This document shows, in pieces, positions 39,416 through 52,084 of a DNA stretch of 64,000 nucleotides (position 1 is its first letter; every line of letters starts with the position of its first letter). The notes below the pieces were generated by a model, which searched no databases, was not told the origin of the DNA, and saw only the letters and a program-made list of their open reading frames with translations. A program made the position numbers and the translations under genes. The stretch is from NCBI GenBank assembly GCA_015680685.1, contig MNCI01002211.1, positions 1 to 64,000 on the forward strand. The letters run 5' to 3'. The stretch comes from Gnetum montanum. Taxonomy: Eukaryota; Plantae; Gnetophyta.

Positions 39416-39433
39416 TGGTGCTAGAAGAAGGGT
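39416..39433 (+). promoter_or_regulatory. Tat-type PBS TGGTGCTAGAAGAAGGGT
   Basis: Just after the 5' LTR; resembles the TGGCGCTAGAAGGAGGG PBS motif of Tat elements. Confidence 0.7.
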
Positions 39434-39859
39434 AAAACCATTTTTCTCTTTAGTATCCATTGCAGTTATCTTACATGCTCTCTACATCACTGTTGCTAGC
39501 TTTGGGCTAGCGTAAACCATGATCCCCTTGTGGACCTATTGCATGCGTAGTAGTAGCTAGATCTTCGGCTGGCGTAGGCATCATCTACTACCTAGTTGAT
39601 GTAGATTAGACCCAGTAGTCAGTTCCTCTAGAACCCTGTGTAGCAACACACATTCCCACAGTTAAGCCAAATTCTAGGTGCTTAGTAGAGAGTGTAGTTA
39701 ACTCTCAGCATAGAGAGCGTAGTCTCTAAAGTTAGCCATTTTTTTGTAGTCTCCAAAAACTTAGCCATTTTTCTATAGTCAGTAGAGTTAGTTGTTTTTG
39801 CAATCAACCAAGCTAGCTATTTTTCGCAACTAGCAACCTCCTAATCCTTTATTGTAAAT

Positions 39860-42800
39860 GAATTTGCACACATGAGTTCCAAGTAGCCTTCAACATTAAT
39901 CTCAATCACACTAGTCATCTTTTCCATCCAACAAGAAAATAGGGTTAACCACGCTACAAGTCCTACTATGGTAGAGCCTAGGCAATCACTTAGGCTACAT
40001 GGCCAAGACCCCGAGTACATCGCACTAAACAATGAACAATACAACTTCATCTGTGGAAAGATCCAAGCAAGCCTATTCATAGACTACTTGGACATGGAAG
40101 TAAAGTGAGTCTATGAGCTTGTCCACTGAAATGGATGGGAGTATATCCCCTTCCCAATTAACTTCATCCAGGTCACCAAATCCTACCAATGGATCCTAGC
40201 TTAGCTCATCTGAACAAGTAAGTGTGAAGTAGGAAAAGACAACAAAGAACCCCTACAAGAAGAGTAGGATAAGTTCACAGCTCATTTTGAGCATGAGGAC
40301 TCTTTTCACACCATCTTTTAGTGGATAACCCCTAGTTTGGCCCTCCTACAATCCTATCCACTTGCCTTTCTTGAGATAGTCATAGCCCTAACATCCCCTT
40401 TTAGGTCAACACCTATGGTAGCAACACACTAGATGTAGCATACACATCATGATGTAGTATCTTCTATTAACTTACCCTTTTGGCATTATTGCAACCTACC
40501 CAATCATCTCTGCCAACAATAATTATGCTTTCTCAGCCTTACGTTCACATAATGCATGTCTCTCGGCCCCAAGTGAGTCAGGCACCTTATGTCTTACCTG
40601 CTTCGTCAGCATCCTCGGCAGTGGTTCAACCCATGCATGCATGGGTTACCTTAATCACTGGGCCTATAGCACAACCAACATAGTAGGCACCTCGTGTGAT
40701 CCCACAACCTACAACTAGGTCATGGATTACATAACCAACACAATGGGTAGCACAACCAGCATAGCCCACTACTACATCCTAAACCTTTACAGAAGAGGTG
40801 AAGCAGCTCAAGGATACCTCCTCTAAAATAGTTAAGGTAGTGGACTTCTACCAGGATAATCCAATAAGTCTTTTTTTCCCACTGCTAACTCTAGCAACTG
40901 GGATCCTAGTACCCCAATTCACCAAGTACAATAGTGAGGGGGATTCCAATGCACACTTGGTGATGTTTGGATCTGAGTGCCTACTATTGTAAGAATGGCC
41001 ACATGTCATTGTATGCATTTTTTCCATGTCACTCACTAGCAAGGTGCTAGACTAGTATAGCACATTACCCAAGGGCTCTATCTCCTCTTTGGAGGATGTT
41101 CTAAGCTAATTTGTGACACACTTCAAGTACAACTTGAAGCCTAAAACTACCCTAGACCAACTAATGTAGATCAAGTAGGGCCATCTAGAGCCCATGCAAA
41201 AATTTATCCAATGCTGGAGTACCTCATTGAATGAAATTTGAGAGCCAATAGCTGATCTACACCTCCTAGCCATCTTCAAGGGTGCAATCAATGACTTCAT
41301 CAAGTTAAAATTGTACTACTTGGCCCTACAGTCTCTAAGCCAAGCATTTGCCCAAACAAAGAGCATACAAGATGCGGCAAAAGCTAGCAAAGATTGACCT
41401 ATGTTAAAAATTTGCATGTCAAAAAGGATAAGGACAAGGGAAAGTTAACTGCAACTATGGCAACTATGGCCAAAGAGGCCAAAACAACCAACTCAAGGCC
41501 AACGGCCAGGTCACCCAAGGCCTCGACCAATAACAAAACTGCTAGTCCTAACATTACAGTAATCAATCAACCCATGTCATTAGTGGCCATAGTGCCAACT
41601 ACTCCAAGGCCTAAATTTAAGCACAAGAATTACTCCAAGTACACTTTGTTGTAATTAAAACCTTCAAAACTGTTAGACCAACTGTTGAAGGTTGGACGTA
41701 TTTAGTATAAGCAGATGTCTGAAGATGCTTGCAAAATACACAATAGATATTGCAAGCTCCTAATGAATCCCATGTTGGTAGCCTTGAATAAGCCCTCAGT
41801 TTTAAAACACTTTAGGCTAGATTAGTTCTACCACTACCACCAGTTGCCCAGTCATAACATCAGTTTTTGCAGAGCCCTACAGGATGACCTCCACAAGATG
41901 ATTGATAGAGATGAGTTGGTACTTGATGCTACTAACCCAGTTATGCCTCAAAACCAATCTCTAAGGATGTACAAGAACCCTCTAAATGTGGAGGATGCAA
42001 GTTATGTCATCAATGCTATTAGCGTCGATGAAAACCTAGAACCAATGCAGTGGTCGTTCATGGTTTGGATGCCCTCTGGTAGCCTAAGGGCCTCCATGGC
42101 CCCTAGGGGTTTAAGGAACCCTTTAATCATTATAGTGAAACCCCAAGTAGCTACAATGCCATTCATGGTTAGGGTCCCATCCCATGTTGCATCAACAACA
42201 ACCACATAGCCACCCTTCGTGGTCAGGGTGCCACAACATGCTAACTCTCACCTACCCTAAGTCTAGTAGTGGGCAATGAATTGGTCCCTTTTCCTCCAAG
42301 GGCTAATCATACTAGCCACATTAATAGACCTTCTAGGTGGAAACCCAAGAGGCCCAACAAGCATCTCATGAATAGGATGATTAGGTAACATTAAGAGTAA
42401 GGAGCACTAGGTTCACCCAATCTAGTCCCTCTATCCATAGTTCCCATGGCCAAAACAACTAAGGAGGCCATCACCAACAACCTACAACCAAGAACTTGGG
42501 CCCCTATGTAGGCCAAGCCAACCAAGCCCAAGTTGCCTCATTATGAAATCCATCTTTTAAGGCATATGGAAGAAGTCAAAGTCACTAAGAATGCAACTAA
42601 TGACAAAGATTTCATAGATGCATTAGCCTAAGTTAACTAAGCACTAAAGAAAAATAATACCACATTGAATCTATATGACCTAATTATAACCTCATTTGCC
42701 CATCGTGAAGCACTAGTGTAGATGTTGACCTCCATTCTTGTCACAGAGGACATCCTAGCATATGAGGATTCCATCCATACTATGATGTTGCCTCCTACAT

Positions 42801-43532
42801 CACAGGAATTGAGCTTCACATCCCTCATGTTTTATTATGAGGCAATTAAGGTTGATCTTGAGAAGGGTGAGGTCATAATGGCCCTTATGTTTATCACCAT
42901 ACATGTTGAGCAATGTAAGATTTAAAGGATGCACGTCAAGGATGGGGTAGCAAAAAATGTTATTCCATACACAGTCATTAATAAGCTAGGCCTCATGAAC
43001 CAAATCAAGCCAACAAAAACCACATGCCTGAAGTCCTTTAGTGGGTTGTGCATCATCATTAAGGGTACCATCAAAATAGCCTTTGTGGCAGGGGAGCAAT
43101 TCCCCACCATCAATGATTCATCGTAATAGAGAAGATGCCAAGATTTAACCTTATATTTGGTAGACCTTGGCTAGCCCAACTAAGGGTCGTCTCCTCCCTG
43201 ATTCATCAGGAAATCCACCTTCCATACGAAGGTGGTAAGGTTATTATCCATGATGATAAAAAACCCCTCTGGCCATTAACAACATAGATATGGAGCAAGG
43301 GTTAGAGGTGAAATTTCTTGATGACACATCCACAACAAAGGATGAGGACAAAATGAGTGAAGCAGACCCATTTGAAAGGATAAAAGAAGTCAACAGCTTA
43401 CTAAAGGATGCCCTATGGGCAGAATTTCCCTTAAACATAGTGAGTGAAGAACAGGGAGATTATTGAATAATGTACTCTAGGCCCTACTCACCCCCTAACC
43501 CACACCATATTAGGAAGCAACTGCGTAACTAA
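39860..43532 (+). pseudogene. gag: Tat gag-protease remnant
   Basis: VPQFTKYNSEGDSNAHLVMF (gag), HQLPSHNISFCRAL knuckle relic, HVKDGVAKNVIP protease site and FNLIFGRPWL. Confidence 0.75.
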
Positions 43533-43533
43533 G

Positions 43534-46500
43534 GTACCCCCTTAGTCTAAAGGCATGCTAGGGACCTACCTACTATTCACTTCCCCACACCCTACATCCT
43601 ACTCCTCATTTATGTCTCATTAGCACTATAGCATATTATTTGCATTCATTTTAATCACTAAGCTTACCATCTACATTACCTATGCATTTGATAGCTTAGT
43701 TTACATTTCTACCATTGTTGCTTTAATGCATTTTCCTTTATGCATAAAAAACATCAAAATGCATAAAAATCATAAAATTCAAAATTACAAACAAAAAAAA
43801 AAGAGATAGCAACATACTAGGCTTGGAATGGCCTTAAACTACCACGTGGCTCAGAATGGCCTAAAATTAGTACTTTTGATTCTATCCCTATGGCCCACCA
43901 TGGCCTTAAATTGACAACATGCAACCTACCATGGCCTTAAACTGGCAACTCCTGGCCTAGAATAGTCTAAGACTACCATTCTCAAATCCCCTTACAGTGG
44001 CCCAAAACAACCTTAAACTACCCTTGTTAATCCTCTCGTTGTGGCTTGAAATGGCCTAAAACTAGTAATACATGGCCTAGAATGGCCTAAAACTATCATC
44101 ATGGCCCGAAATGATCTTAAACTAGCAATCATTGCATCTCAAAATGGTCTAAAACTATCACCTTTTATCCCATGACATATGGTCCAAAATGGCCTTAAAC
44201 TAGCATTGACCCTCCTGCTATGGCATTAAACTATCATGGGGCTTGTAATGGCCTAGTTACACATTTGTCACATAATCCTAAGTTAGCATATTAATTCATC
44301 GCATTATAAGCATAGTGAGCACATAGCCACTAACCATAAAAAGAAAATTTTACACATCACACAGTACATATAGCAAATGCATTCATTAGATGTCATATGA
44401 ATAGTAGTACATAGTGTGAGCAATGTCATGTGGCAAGCAACAAGCAAAGCCTTAGTATATATACATAGATGTAAATTTTGACATTAAATCATTAGAACGA
44501 GTTAGAAAAATTAACACAATGTGACAAAAAATAACAAAAAATTAATAATTTTGGCAATGCACCCTAGGGACTCATGGGTATAGGACGTCAACTAATCCAT
44601 TTGATGTGCCTAGTACTTACTAAGGTATAGCATGTTTTCACAAGCTTAGTGTTACATTTTGCAGGTTTAGCATTGTGCATAGTTTACAAATTTTTTCCAA
44701 CTCCAGACTACTTCAATGGAGAGCGTAGTCCAGAAGTCATAAAAATTTTTCTAACTCTTAGCTACCTCAGTAGAGAGCCTAGTCCAAACAATCACAAAGA
44801 TTTTCTAACTTTGGACTACCTTAGTAGAGAGTGTAGTCCGAAAAAGAGGGCAAAATTTTTCTAACTCTAGAACCACCCCAACTACGCTCCCAATGAGTAG
44901 AGAGCATAGTTCCCAAAGAAAAACTGACATTTTCCAAACACTTGTAGTGTGCCTATTTTCACAAACACTTTTCAGATTACACTTCCAACGTGTGGAGAGC
45001 ATAGTCCCACAACCATGGAGAGTGTGGTCTCCCACAAACGTGCATCCAGTAACCCCCTCCACTAGTTTCCATGGCTAGTCATGGCCCCCATGTCCTTGTA
45101 CAAAAAACACAAAAAAAGGAGAACTAAGGAAATGCACATGCTTTGCCATTGGCCGCAATCATGGCCACAACCTGAACAGCCATGCCTTGGGGTGTAACCC
45201 ATGGCTGGCCCTAACCCCACAAAAAAAATAATAACAGAAAAAATGTGCCTTGGGGTCGATTATCCTTGTGACCCCTACAATTTTGCTATGAAGCGCAATT
45301 GCCCTTATGGCCCTTGCAGATGCACTGCAGGCATAATAACCCCATGGCCCTCGCAATGCGCAAAGTGCCTAACCTCTGACTTGCTATATAATTAAAAAAA
45401 CTTTTGGAAAAATAGAAAAACATAGAATAAAATCTTCCTACATCACTCACCCCCATGGCAAGCTACTTCTTGGTTGGCCCTCACACCCCTGTTGCTGCAG
45501 GAACACCTACAACCTTGCCCTAGCTTGAACCCTAGCCCCTAAATGCCCCAAACCCTGACCTACATATCTACCCTAGTCCATGCATCGTAAAAACACATGT
45601 AGCCATCAAACCTTGCTAAGTCCCTACAATTCCAAAAATCTCTATGTGGCCCCCAATGGCTGCCCTATGCCATGCAACGATAGTTGTTGTCCCCGTGACC
45701 ATGGCACATGCAATAAAAATGTCCCACACTATAGAAAAAGAAAACCATTTCTCTAAACCCTCCTCGCCATCATGCCCTCCTCCTTGCCACTAGCATGATT
45801 GAAATAACATGCAACACTGATGGCCACCACCCTGGTAGGTCCCAATACAAAGACTACACTCCCAAACCCTCATGCTCCCAAACTCTCTAAAGAAAATGGT
45901 GAAAACAATGAACAAAGGGGAGAGTGTAGTTAGGGTACTTGGTTGACACTAACAGCCTCCTCTCCTCCACATGCATCTATGGTAGGTAACCCAATGCTCA
46001 TTCCCCCTTGTCCATGTTCACCAGTCATGGGTGTAGGCATTTACTCTGACTCATCATTGTTCCAACTATGATCTCCACTAGTAGTATGTAATAGTAATGG
46101 CAAGACTACATTCTGGATGTCTCAGTTGAGAATAGTAAAATGACAACTTACCCATGGTAAAATGCACCTATATACCCTCTTGGGATCATTTAGTGTCCCA
46201 CCAACACGAGACTACACTCCATACTAGACGTCCAGTGGAGAGCGTAGTTGGGTGAGAGTGTAGTCACCCATACTTAGCCAAAATTTTTAACTTTTCATTG
46301 CCCAATGAATGCCCAAGCCAATTTTACTCCCTGAACATGGCCAACCTTCCCTGGAATGATATGTCTGATGCATCCATGGTCTGCTAAGACCTAAAACTAA
46401 CATGCATGGCTTGCCGAGGCCTAAAATGAGCACCAAACAAGTTTACCTTCCTTAATAGCTTGCATGCATACTTAGGAAAATTTCATCCCATTGATTTCTC

Positions 46501-46569
46501 TTCATTTGTGCATGTTTTCTTTGATTAAAAAAAGTGCCACTTAACATTTTTCTAGTTCATTTTTTGTAG
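43534..46569 (+). other. ~3-kb non-coding spacer / putative intron between protease and RT
   Basis: AAG|GTACCC at 43534 and TTTTTTGTAG|G at 46569; the downstream frame runs into RT. Confidence 0.6.
43815..44255 (+). repeat. Tandem array, core AATGGCCT(T/A)AAACTA(G/C)CA with variable linkers, ~12 units
   Basis: Directly visible repeated ATGGCCTTAAACT/ATGGCCTAAAACT. Confidence 0.85.
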
Positions 46570-48403
46570 GAATATGACATGGCTATGCAGGAGTAGATTT
46601 TCTCCCTCCTGGCCCTCATAGGACCTCATGGTGATATCAAGTGACGCATTAATTCTCATTGCCTAGACCTTGAGCCTACAACCTATGTCGAATACATAGC
46701 ATTTGTAGAGGCACCAGTAGACTAGCCTAACCATCTAGTCAAAGCTCTCAATCTAGAGGCAAGGGGCGTTACAAAGGATCCCCTTGTTAAGATCCCTATG
46801 ACAACACCTAATAGTGAGGCAAAAACACTAAAGCTAAGATCCTTGCTAGAGCCCCAACATGTCCAAGACATCACTAAGGTACTTAATGATAACATCAAGG
46901 AATTTGCATGGTCATATGAGGACATGCTAGGCCTAGACCATCTAGCACAATATCATTTTCAATCCCTGCATTAAACTAGTAAAACAGAAAGCATGCAAGG
47001 TTAGACCTAAGGTGGTGTTGGTAGTTCGTGATGAAATCACCAAGCTTTATAATGCTGGTTTCATCTGGGCTATTAACTATGTACATTCAATCTTCAACAT
47101 CATAGTTGTACCTAAGAAAAATGGAAGTATACACATTTGCATAGACTTTCAAGATCTAAATAATGTGACCATCAAAGATGACTTCCCATTGCCCAATATT
47201 TGATCAGTTAATTGATACCACATCTAGGCATGCCTTGTTGTTTTTCATGGATGGGTTATTGAGCTACAACCAGATTAGGATCAACCCTGAGCACCAACTT
47301 AGTATAACCTTCACGACCCCATGGGGTATGTTTTGATATACCATAATGCCTTTTAGACTCAAGAATGTAGGAGCAACGTATCAATGCATAATGACATATA
47401 TCTTTAGTGATTACATGCTAAGCTTTCTCAATGACTACATTGATGACATCATAGTTAAGTCCAAAGTGGCTCAAAATCATGCAATGATCTAGACTTAGTG
47501 CTCAAACATTGCTTAAAACACGATCTTAGGTTAAACCCCAAGAAGTTTGTTTTCAGCATCAAGACAGGTTGGATGCTCAACTTTGTAGTCTCTAAAGCAG
47601 GAATACGCATAAACCCTAACAAAGTTAAGGTCATAGCCAACTTAGCACCATTGGCCAACCTTAAGGAGCTATGAAGGTTGTAAGGTAGGTTGTAATTCAT
47701 ATGTAGGTTTATTGCCTGGTTAACTGACAAGTTATAGCCAATGCAATATCTACTCAAGAAAGGAGCCCACTTCGAGTGGATGGATCAATGCCAACAAGCA
47801 TTTGACAACCTTAAGCAAGAGCTGGCACAACTACCTACGGTTCACTGTCTACAAAGACATAAACCTTTTTACATCTACCTTGCTACTTCTGACATGTCCA
47901 TCACTTCTTTGCTTTGCAAAAATCAAGATGATGGCACAGAGGTCTCGGTTTACTACTTGAGATATGTGCATTAGTAGCCCATGAAGTGAAATATAATGAT
48001 GTGAAAAACCATTGCCTCACCTTAGTCTTCTTCCTAAAAAAGTGGAGGCATTACCTCTTTTGCAATCAGGTCAACATCAATTGCAAAAATAACATACTCT
48101 AAACGATCACAATGAACATCTACGAAAGTAGTTGCATTTTGTGATGGAAAGTAATAATAGTGAAGTTTAACATATACTACACTGCACAAGCCTCAACAAA
48201 AGATCAAGCTATAGCCTCACAACTCACAGCTTCAATTGTAAATGATAAAGGAACCATAGATCCAAAATTTTTGGACAAGCATGTTAACAACATTAGTCAA
48301 GTGCCCGATAATTATGAGGCACTCCTATATTTTGATGGATCTTCAACCTCCTAAGAGGATAGCGGCACTTTCATTATCATGTTTCCCTTTGGGAAGATAT
48401 GAT
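46570..48403 (+). pseudogene. pol: Tat RT-RNase H and start of the archaeal-type RNase H
   Basis: FAWSYEDM, NIIVVPKKNGSIHICIDFQDLN, KDDFPLPNI, KPFYIYLATSD, LYFDGSS. Confidence 0.92.
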
Positions 48404-49051
48404 TGTTGGTGACCGTTTGGGACGCGACCGCCAACGAGTGTCCTCGAACAGGATTTAGGTGCCTGCTGGTCTCTAGCAACACCAAGGCCCAGATACCTCC
48501 AAATAAACTCAGTAGTTAATGTGAGTATGTGTCTGTGCTGTTGCGGCATGCGGTTGTGAGAAATGTAACGATTGTGTTGTGTGTAAACTACAAATGACTT
48601 ACTTTAAAGAGATTCAGCCAACTTTGCCAAGTACTGTGAATTGTTGAAAATTTCCTATTTTGTTCAACTGCCTAGTCTACATGGTCCTTATAATACCTAC
48701 TTGTAACAAATAAAATTTTGTAAAAACATTTGAACACGACTTCGCAATCTACTCCTAATTTTCCCCAGAGAAAGAGATAGTTCCACAAGAAAACTAGAAA
48801 TAGAGCAAGATTCGATGGAAATAAGCAGAAAAGAAAAGAAAGTAGATTTGTGTAGACCTCAAATATTTAAACAAGGTAAAATGACACGAGTAAACACTTC
48901 GCAATAAAGCTATCCCAAATTCAATATCTACGAATTGTTCAAACTTCCAAGGCTCAAACAAGCAATTTCTTCAAGACAATCCTACTATGCTACCAAAAAT
49001 TACTGCGCAAACTACCACGTACGAGACTCCATTTTGACTAGATAATAGATG

Positions 49052-49521
49052 NNNNNNNNNNNNNNNNNNNNNNNNNNNNNNNNNNNNNNNNNNNNNNNNN
49101 NNNNNNNNNNNNNNNNNNNNNNNNNNNNNNNNNNNNNNNNNNNNNNNNNNNNNNNNNNNNNNNNNNNNNNNNNNNNNNNNNNNNNNNNNNNNNNNNNNNN
49201 NNNNNNNNNNNNNNNNNNNNNNNNNNNNNNNNNNNNNNNNNNNNNNNNNNNNNNNNNNNNNNNNNNNNNNNNNNNNNNNNNNNNNNNNNNNNNNNNNNNN
49301 NNNNNNNNNNNNNNNNNNNNNNNNNNNNNNNNNNNNNNNNNNNNNNNNNNNNNNNNNNNNNNNNNNNNNNNNNNNNNNNNNNNNNNNNNNNNNNNNNNNN
49401 NNNNNNNNNNNNNNNNNNNNNNNNNNNNNNNNNNNNNNNNNNNNNNNNNNNNNNNNNNNNNNNNNNNNNNNNNNNNNNNNNNNNNNNNNNNNNNNNNNNN
49501 NNNNNNNNNNNNNNNNNNNNN
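49052..49521. other. Assembly gap (470 N)
   Basis: Run of N. Confidence 1.
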
Positions 49522-49722
49522 GGTAGTTAGCTAAGTTACATATTCAAAAATATCTTACCTAACTTCTCTCCCAAGTAACTTGGCCAACCAATTAGGAGAT
49601 TACTTGCCCAAAAAGTTAGGAGGTTACTTGACCAACAAGTTAGGTAAGTTACAAAAAATCTTGGATGGTTGTAACCACCAAGGAGATAAAAAAGCTGCAA
49701 CTAACAAGTGTCCTTTGTAGTG
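49522..49722. mobile_element. CACTA (En/Spm) transposon terminus
   Basis: Ends GTGTCCTTTGTAGTG (reverse complement CACTACAAAGGACAC), with subterminal AAGTTAC/GTAACTT/TTACTTG repeats. LTR homology resumes at 49723. Confidence 0.75.
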
Positions 49723-50661
49723 GTTACAAACATCATGGGATTAAGGCTACTATAGAAACTAAAAGCTATGGTGGCCAAGTGTTTATCCAATAAAACTCCC
49801 TATAACCTTTCCATATAAATTATTATTAAAACTTAAATTGTGACTTTATGCCCATATTAATATTTTTTATGTTATAACTTTGGGCATGGCATTGATTAAT
49901 AAAACCTTTATTTTTTTAAATAAAATCAGGGTCAATACAAGGACGACGATTTGATATTGTGTCGTGTGTTTCTTTTCCCTCTTTTACCTCCAGCAACCGT
50001 AGACATTCCCAAATCCTTTGCTGCTAAAGTCTTGCAGGCATGCTTCCAGCCACCATGATTGCTTTTGATATTGGGACTGGCTAATTTTTCTTGCTTGATT
50101 TCCTCAAGTCGTTTCAGTTCTACGTTTTCTGTACATGGTGCTATTTTCGGAGGCCCGCTTTCCTGATCGCCACGACCACGTGTCGTGTTGGTGCCGCTGC
50201 CACCCTCTTCATCGTCTAGGGCTCGGACGATCGCTATTGGCAATGGTAGGCTTGCGAGGATTCGAGGTCTCTTTAGTTTTGAAAATAATCCCTGTTTTTC
50301 ACAAACCCTAGCAGCGAAAATTAAAAGAAAATTTGACGTCAATGAAGCAGTTTCGGCATGGCAGACGTGCTGAAGAATGTAGTCTAATAGGGTCGTCTAG
50401 ATTGCAAGATGTTGTAGCCCTCTTCGCCGTCATCTTCTGTCCTCTGCTCGTGCGCAGTCCTCCCTTGCAAGTTCTGGCATCGGCACAAGCACTGGCGCTG
50501 GTGCTCTCGACACGTCAACCCACGCTAAAATCGGCGCACAGGCTAACAGCAACAGCAACGGCCAGAACAACTCTAGCAGCGGTGGTGGCAATAGGATGAT
50601 TTGCAACGCTCTTCGGCAAGGGTTTCAAGGCATAATTTCAGGTTTTCTGGGTTCTGCTTGT

Positions 50662-50802
50662 GTTGCCAACAACTGCGTGAGTGAGGGTTTTGGCATTTTT
50701 CCCTGGATGCAGCAAGCGTAGATGAACCCCAACGATTACACCATCGTAACCATTCTCAACGGCTGTGCCAAAACCAGGAGCCTGCAAAAGGACGTAGAAC
50801 TA
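50662..50802 (+). pseudogene. Captured PLS-class PPR gene fragment
   Basis: VANNCVSEGFGIFPWMQQA*MNPNDYTIVTILNGCAKTRSLQKDVEL fits the consensus NGxxxEAxxLFxxMQxxxxxPNxxTxxxILxACAxxxxLxxGxE. Confidence 0.65.
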
Positions 50803-51212
50803 AAATATTTCTATTTTTGAAATATTTTCCAGAATGGTATTCCAACGCTTCCACTGAAATCCATTTGAGCATCAGCAGTGGATTTTTGCTAATATCTGGA
50901 ATATCCAAAAGCCAGTTTTTGCCCCAAAATCACACCCAATAACAATCCTATCATCTCATTCAAACTTTGATTTAGAACCACACCACTGAGTCCTAACAAC
51001 CGGGCAATTGAACTTTGATATGTTATTAGGTGGATACATACCTTACCAAATGAGCCAACAACCTTTGAATACATAATGTTAGAAGCATGACTTAACTTTT
51101 GTAATTTATTGAAAATGAAGAAAGAGGCTTACCAAAATCGAACCCATGAGTTTTAGTTTTCAAATCAAGAGTCTTACTGTTCCATGGAATGGCCAAATGT
51201 GCCAACAATGAT

Positions 51213-52030
51213 CCTTCAGATATCACTTTGCATTCCCTTTCACTAACAACATGGTGGAGTACAAAGGTCTCCTCTGAGGAATCCTTATAGCACATGACCT
51301 AGGGATCCAACACATAGTGATCTAAGGTGACTCATAATTAGTAATCAACCAAGTGATAGAGGTTTATACCTGCAAGGCCCACCATGTTACAAACTTACTG
51401 TAATGCTGAAACTAAAGCCTTTTGTGAGTGCTTTGGCATCAAACATTCCTTCTTATCACTATACTACCCTCAAGCAAATAGCCAAGTGGGGGCCACTAAC
51501 AAAGTCATCCTCAACATTTTCAAGAAGATGCTAAGCAATAGCAAATGATGATGGCATGAGCAACTAGTATATGCACTCTGGGCCTACCACACAACATGCC
51601 AAACATCGATAGGTATGATGTCTTATAGCCTTGTTTATGGGTCTAAAGCAAATTTGCTACTTGAATTGCAATTTCCATCACTTTGAGGATCCTCTCAAAA
51701 TTTATCTATGAAGCACAGAATAATGAGTTAAGAACCATAGACCCTGACTCAATAGAGGAGGAGCACATGCAAACACTTGATTGCATTGAATGATACGAAA
51801 AAAAGCAAAGGCAAAAACATCATCACAATTAGCATCAACGCCTAATTAAGAAAGGGGATCTATTCCTCAAGGCCATTAGTGAACCCATGAATAAATTCTT
51901 AGCCAACTAGAAAGGGCCTTTCTTGATCACTAAGGCTTATGAAAATGGAGCATTTATGCTTGCTAATCAAGACAAAAATGAGTTTTCCAATTTAGTGAAC
52001 CATTCCTACCTGAAGCCGTACTACACCTAG
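51213..52030 (+). pseudogene. pol: Tat aRH remainder fused by deletion to the integrase C-terminal half
   Basis: TNNMVEYKGLL, then from ~51400 AETKAFCECFGIKHSF..YYPQANSQ, YALWAY, EGPFLI and YLKPYYT*. Confidence 0.88.
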
Positions 52031-52084
52031 CATGCAACACAACACATCAATGAAATGAGGTAAGCAAGTGTCTGCTAAAACATT

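Larger units (their letters stand above)
48404..51207 (-). mobile_element. Family-A LTR insertion (solo LTR, or an element collapsed across the gap) in the Tat aRH
   Basis: TGTTGG...CCAACA termini and perfect TSD ATGAT (48399-403 / 51208-12). The aRH resumes afterwards as YHFAFPFTNNMVEYKGLL. Confidence 0.85.

Noticed and set aside
49049-49534. 161-aa poly-X ORF
   Set aside because: Artefact of the N gap.
49932-50342. 136-aa ORF as an intact host gene (GGWK recalls an NPF/PTR N-terminus)
   Set aside because: Non-ATG start, located inside an LTR, lacks the ExxER motif; the similarity is too short to name.
50800-50931. Possible MULE TIR ending GCCCCAAAATC around the captured fragments
   Set aside because: No matching left TIR or 9-bp TSD; the sequence reads as ordinary LTR U3 up to the TSD at 51208.
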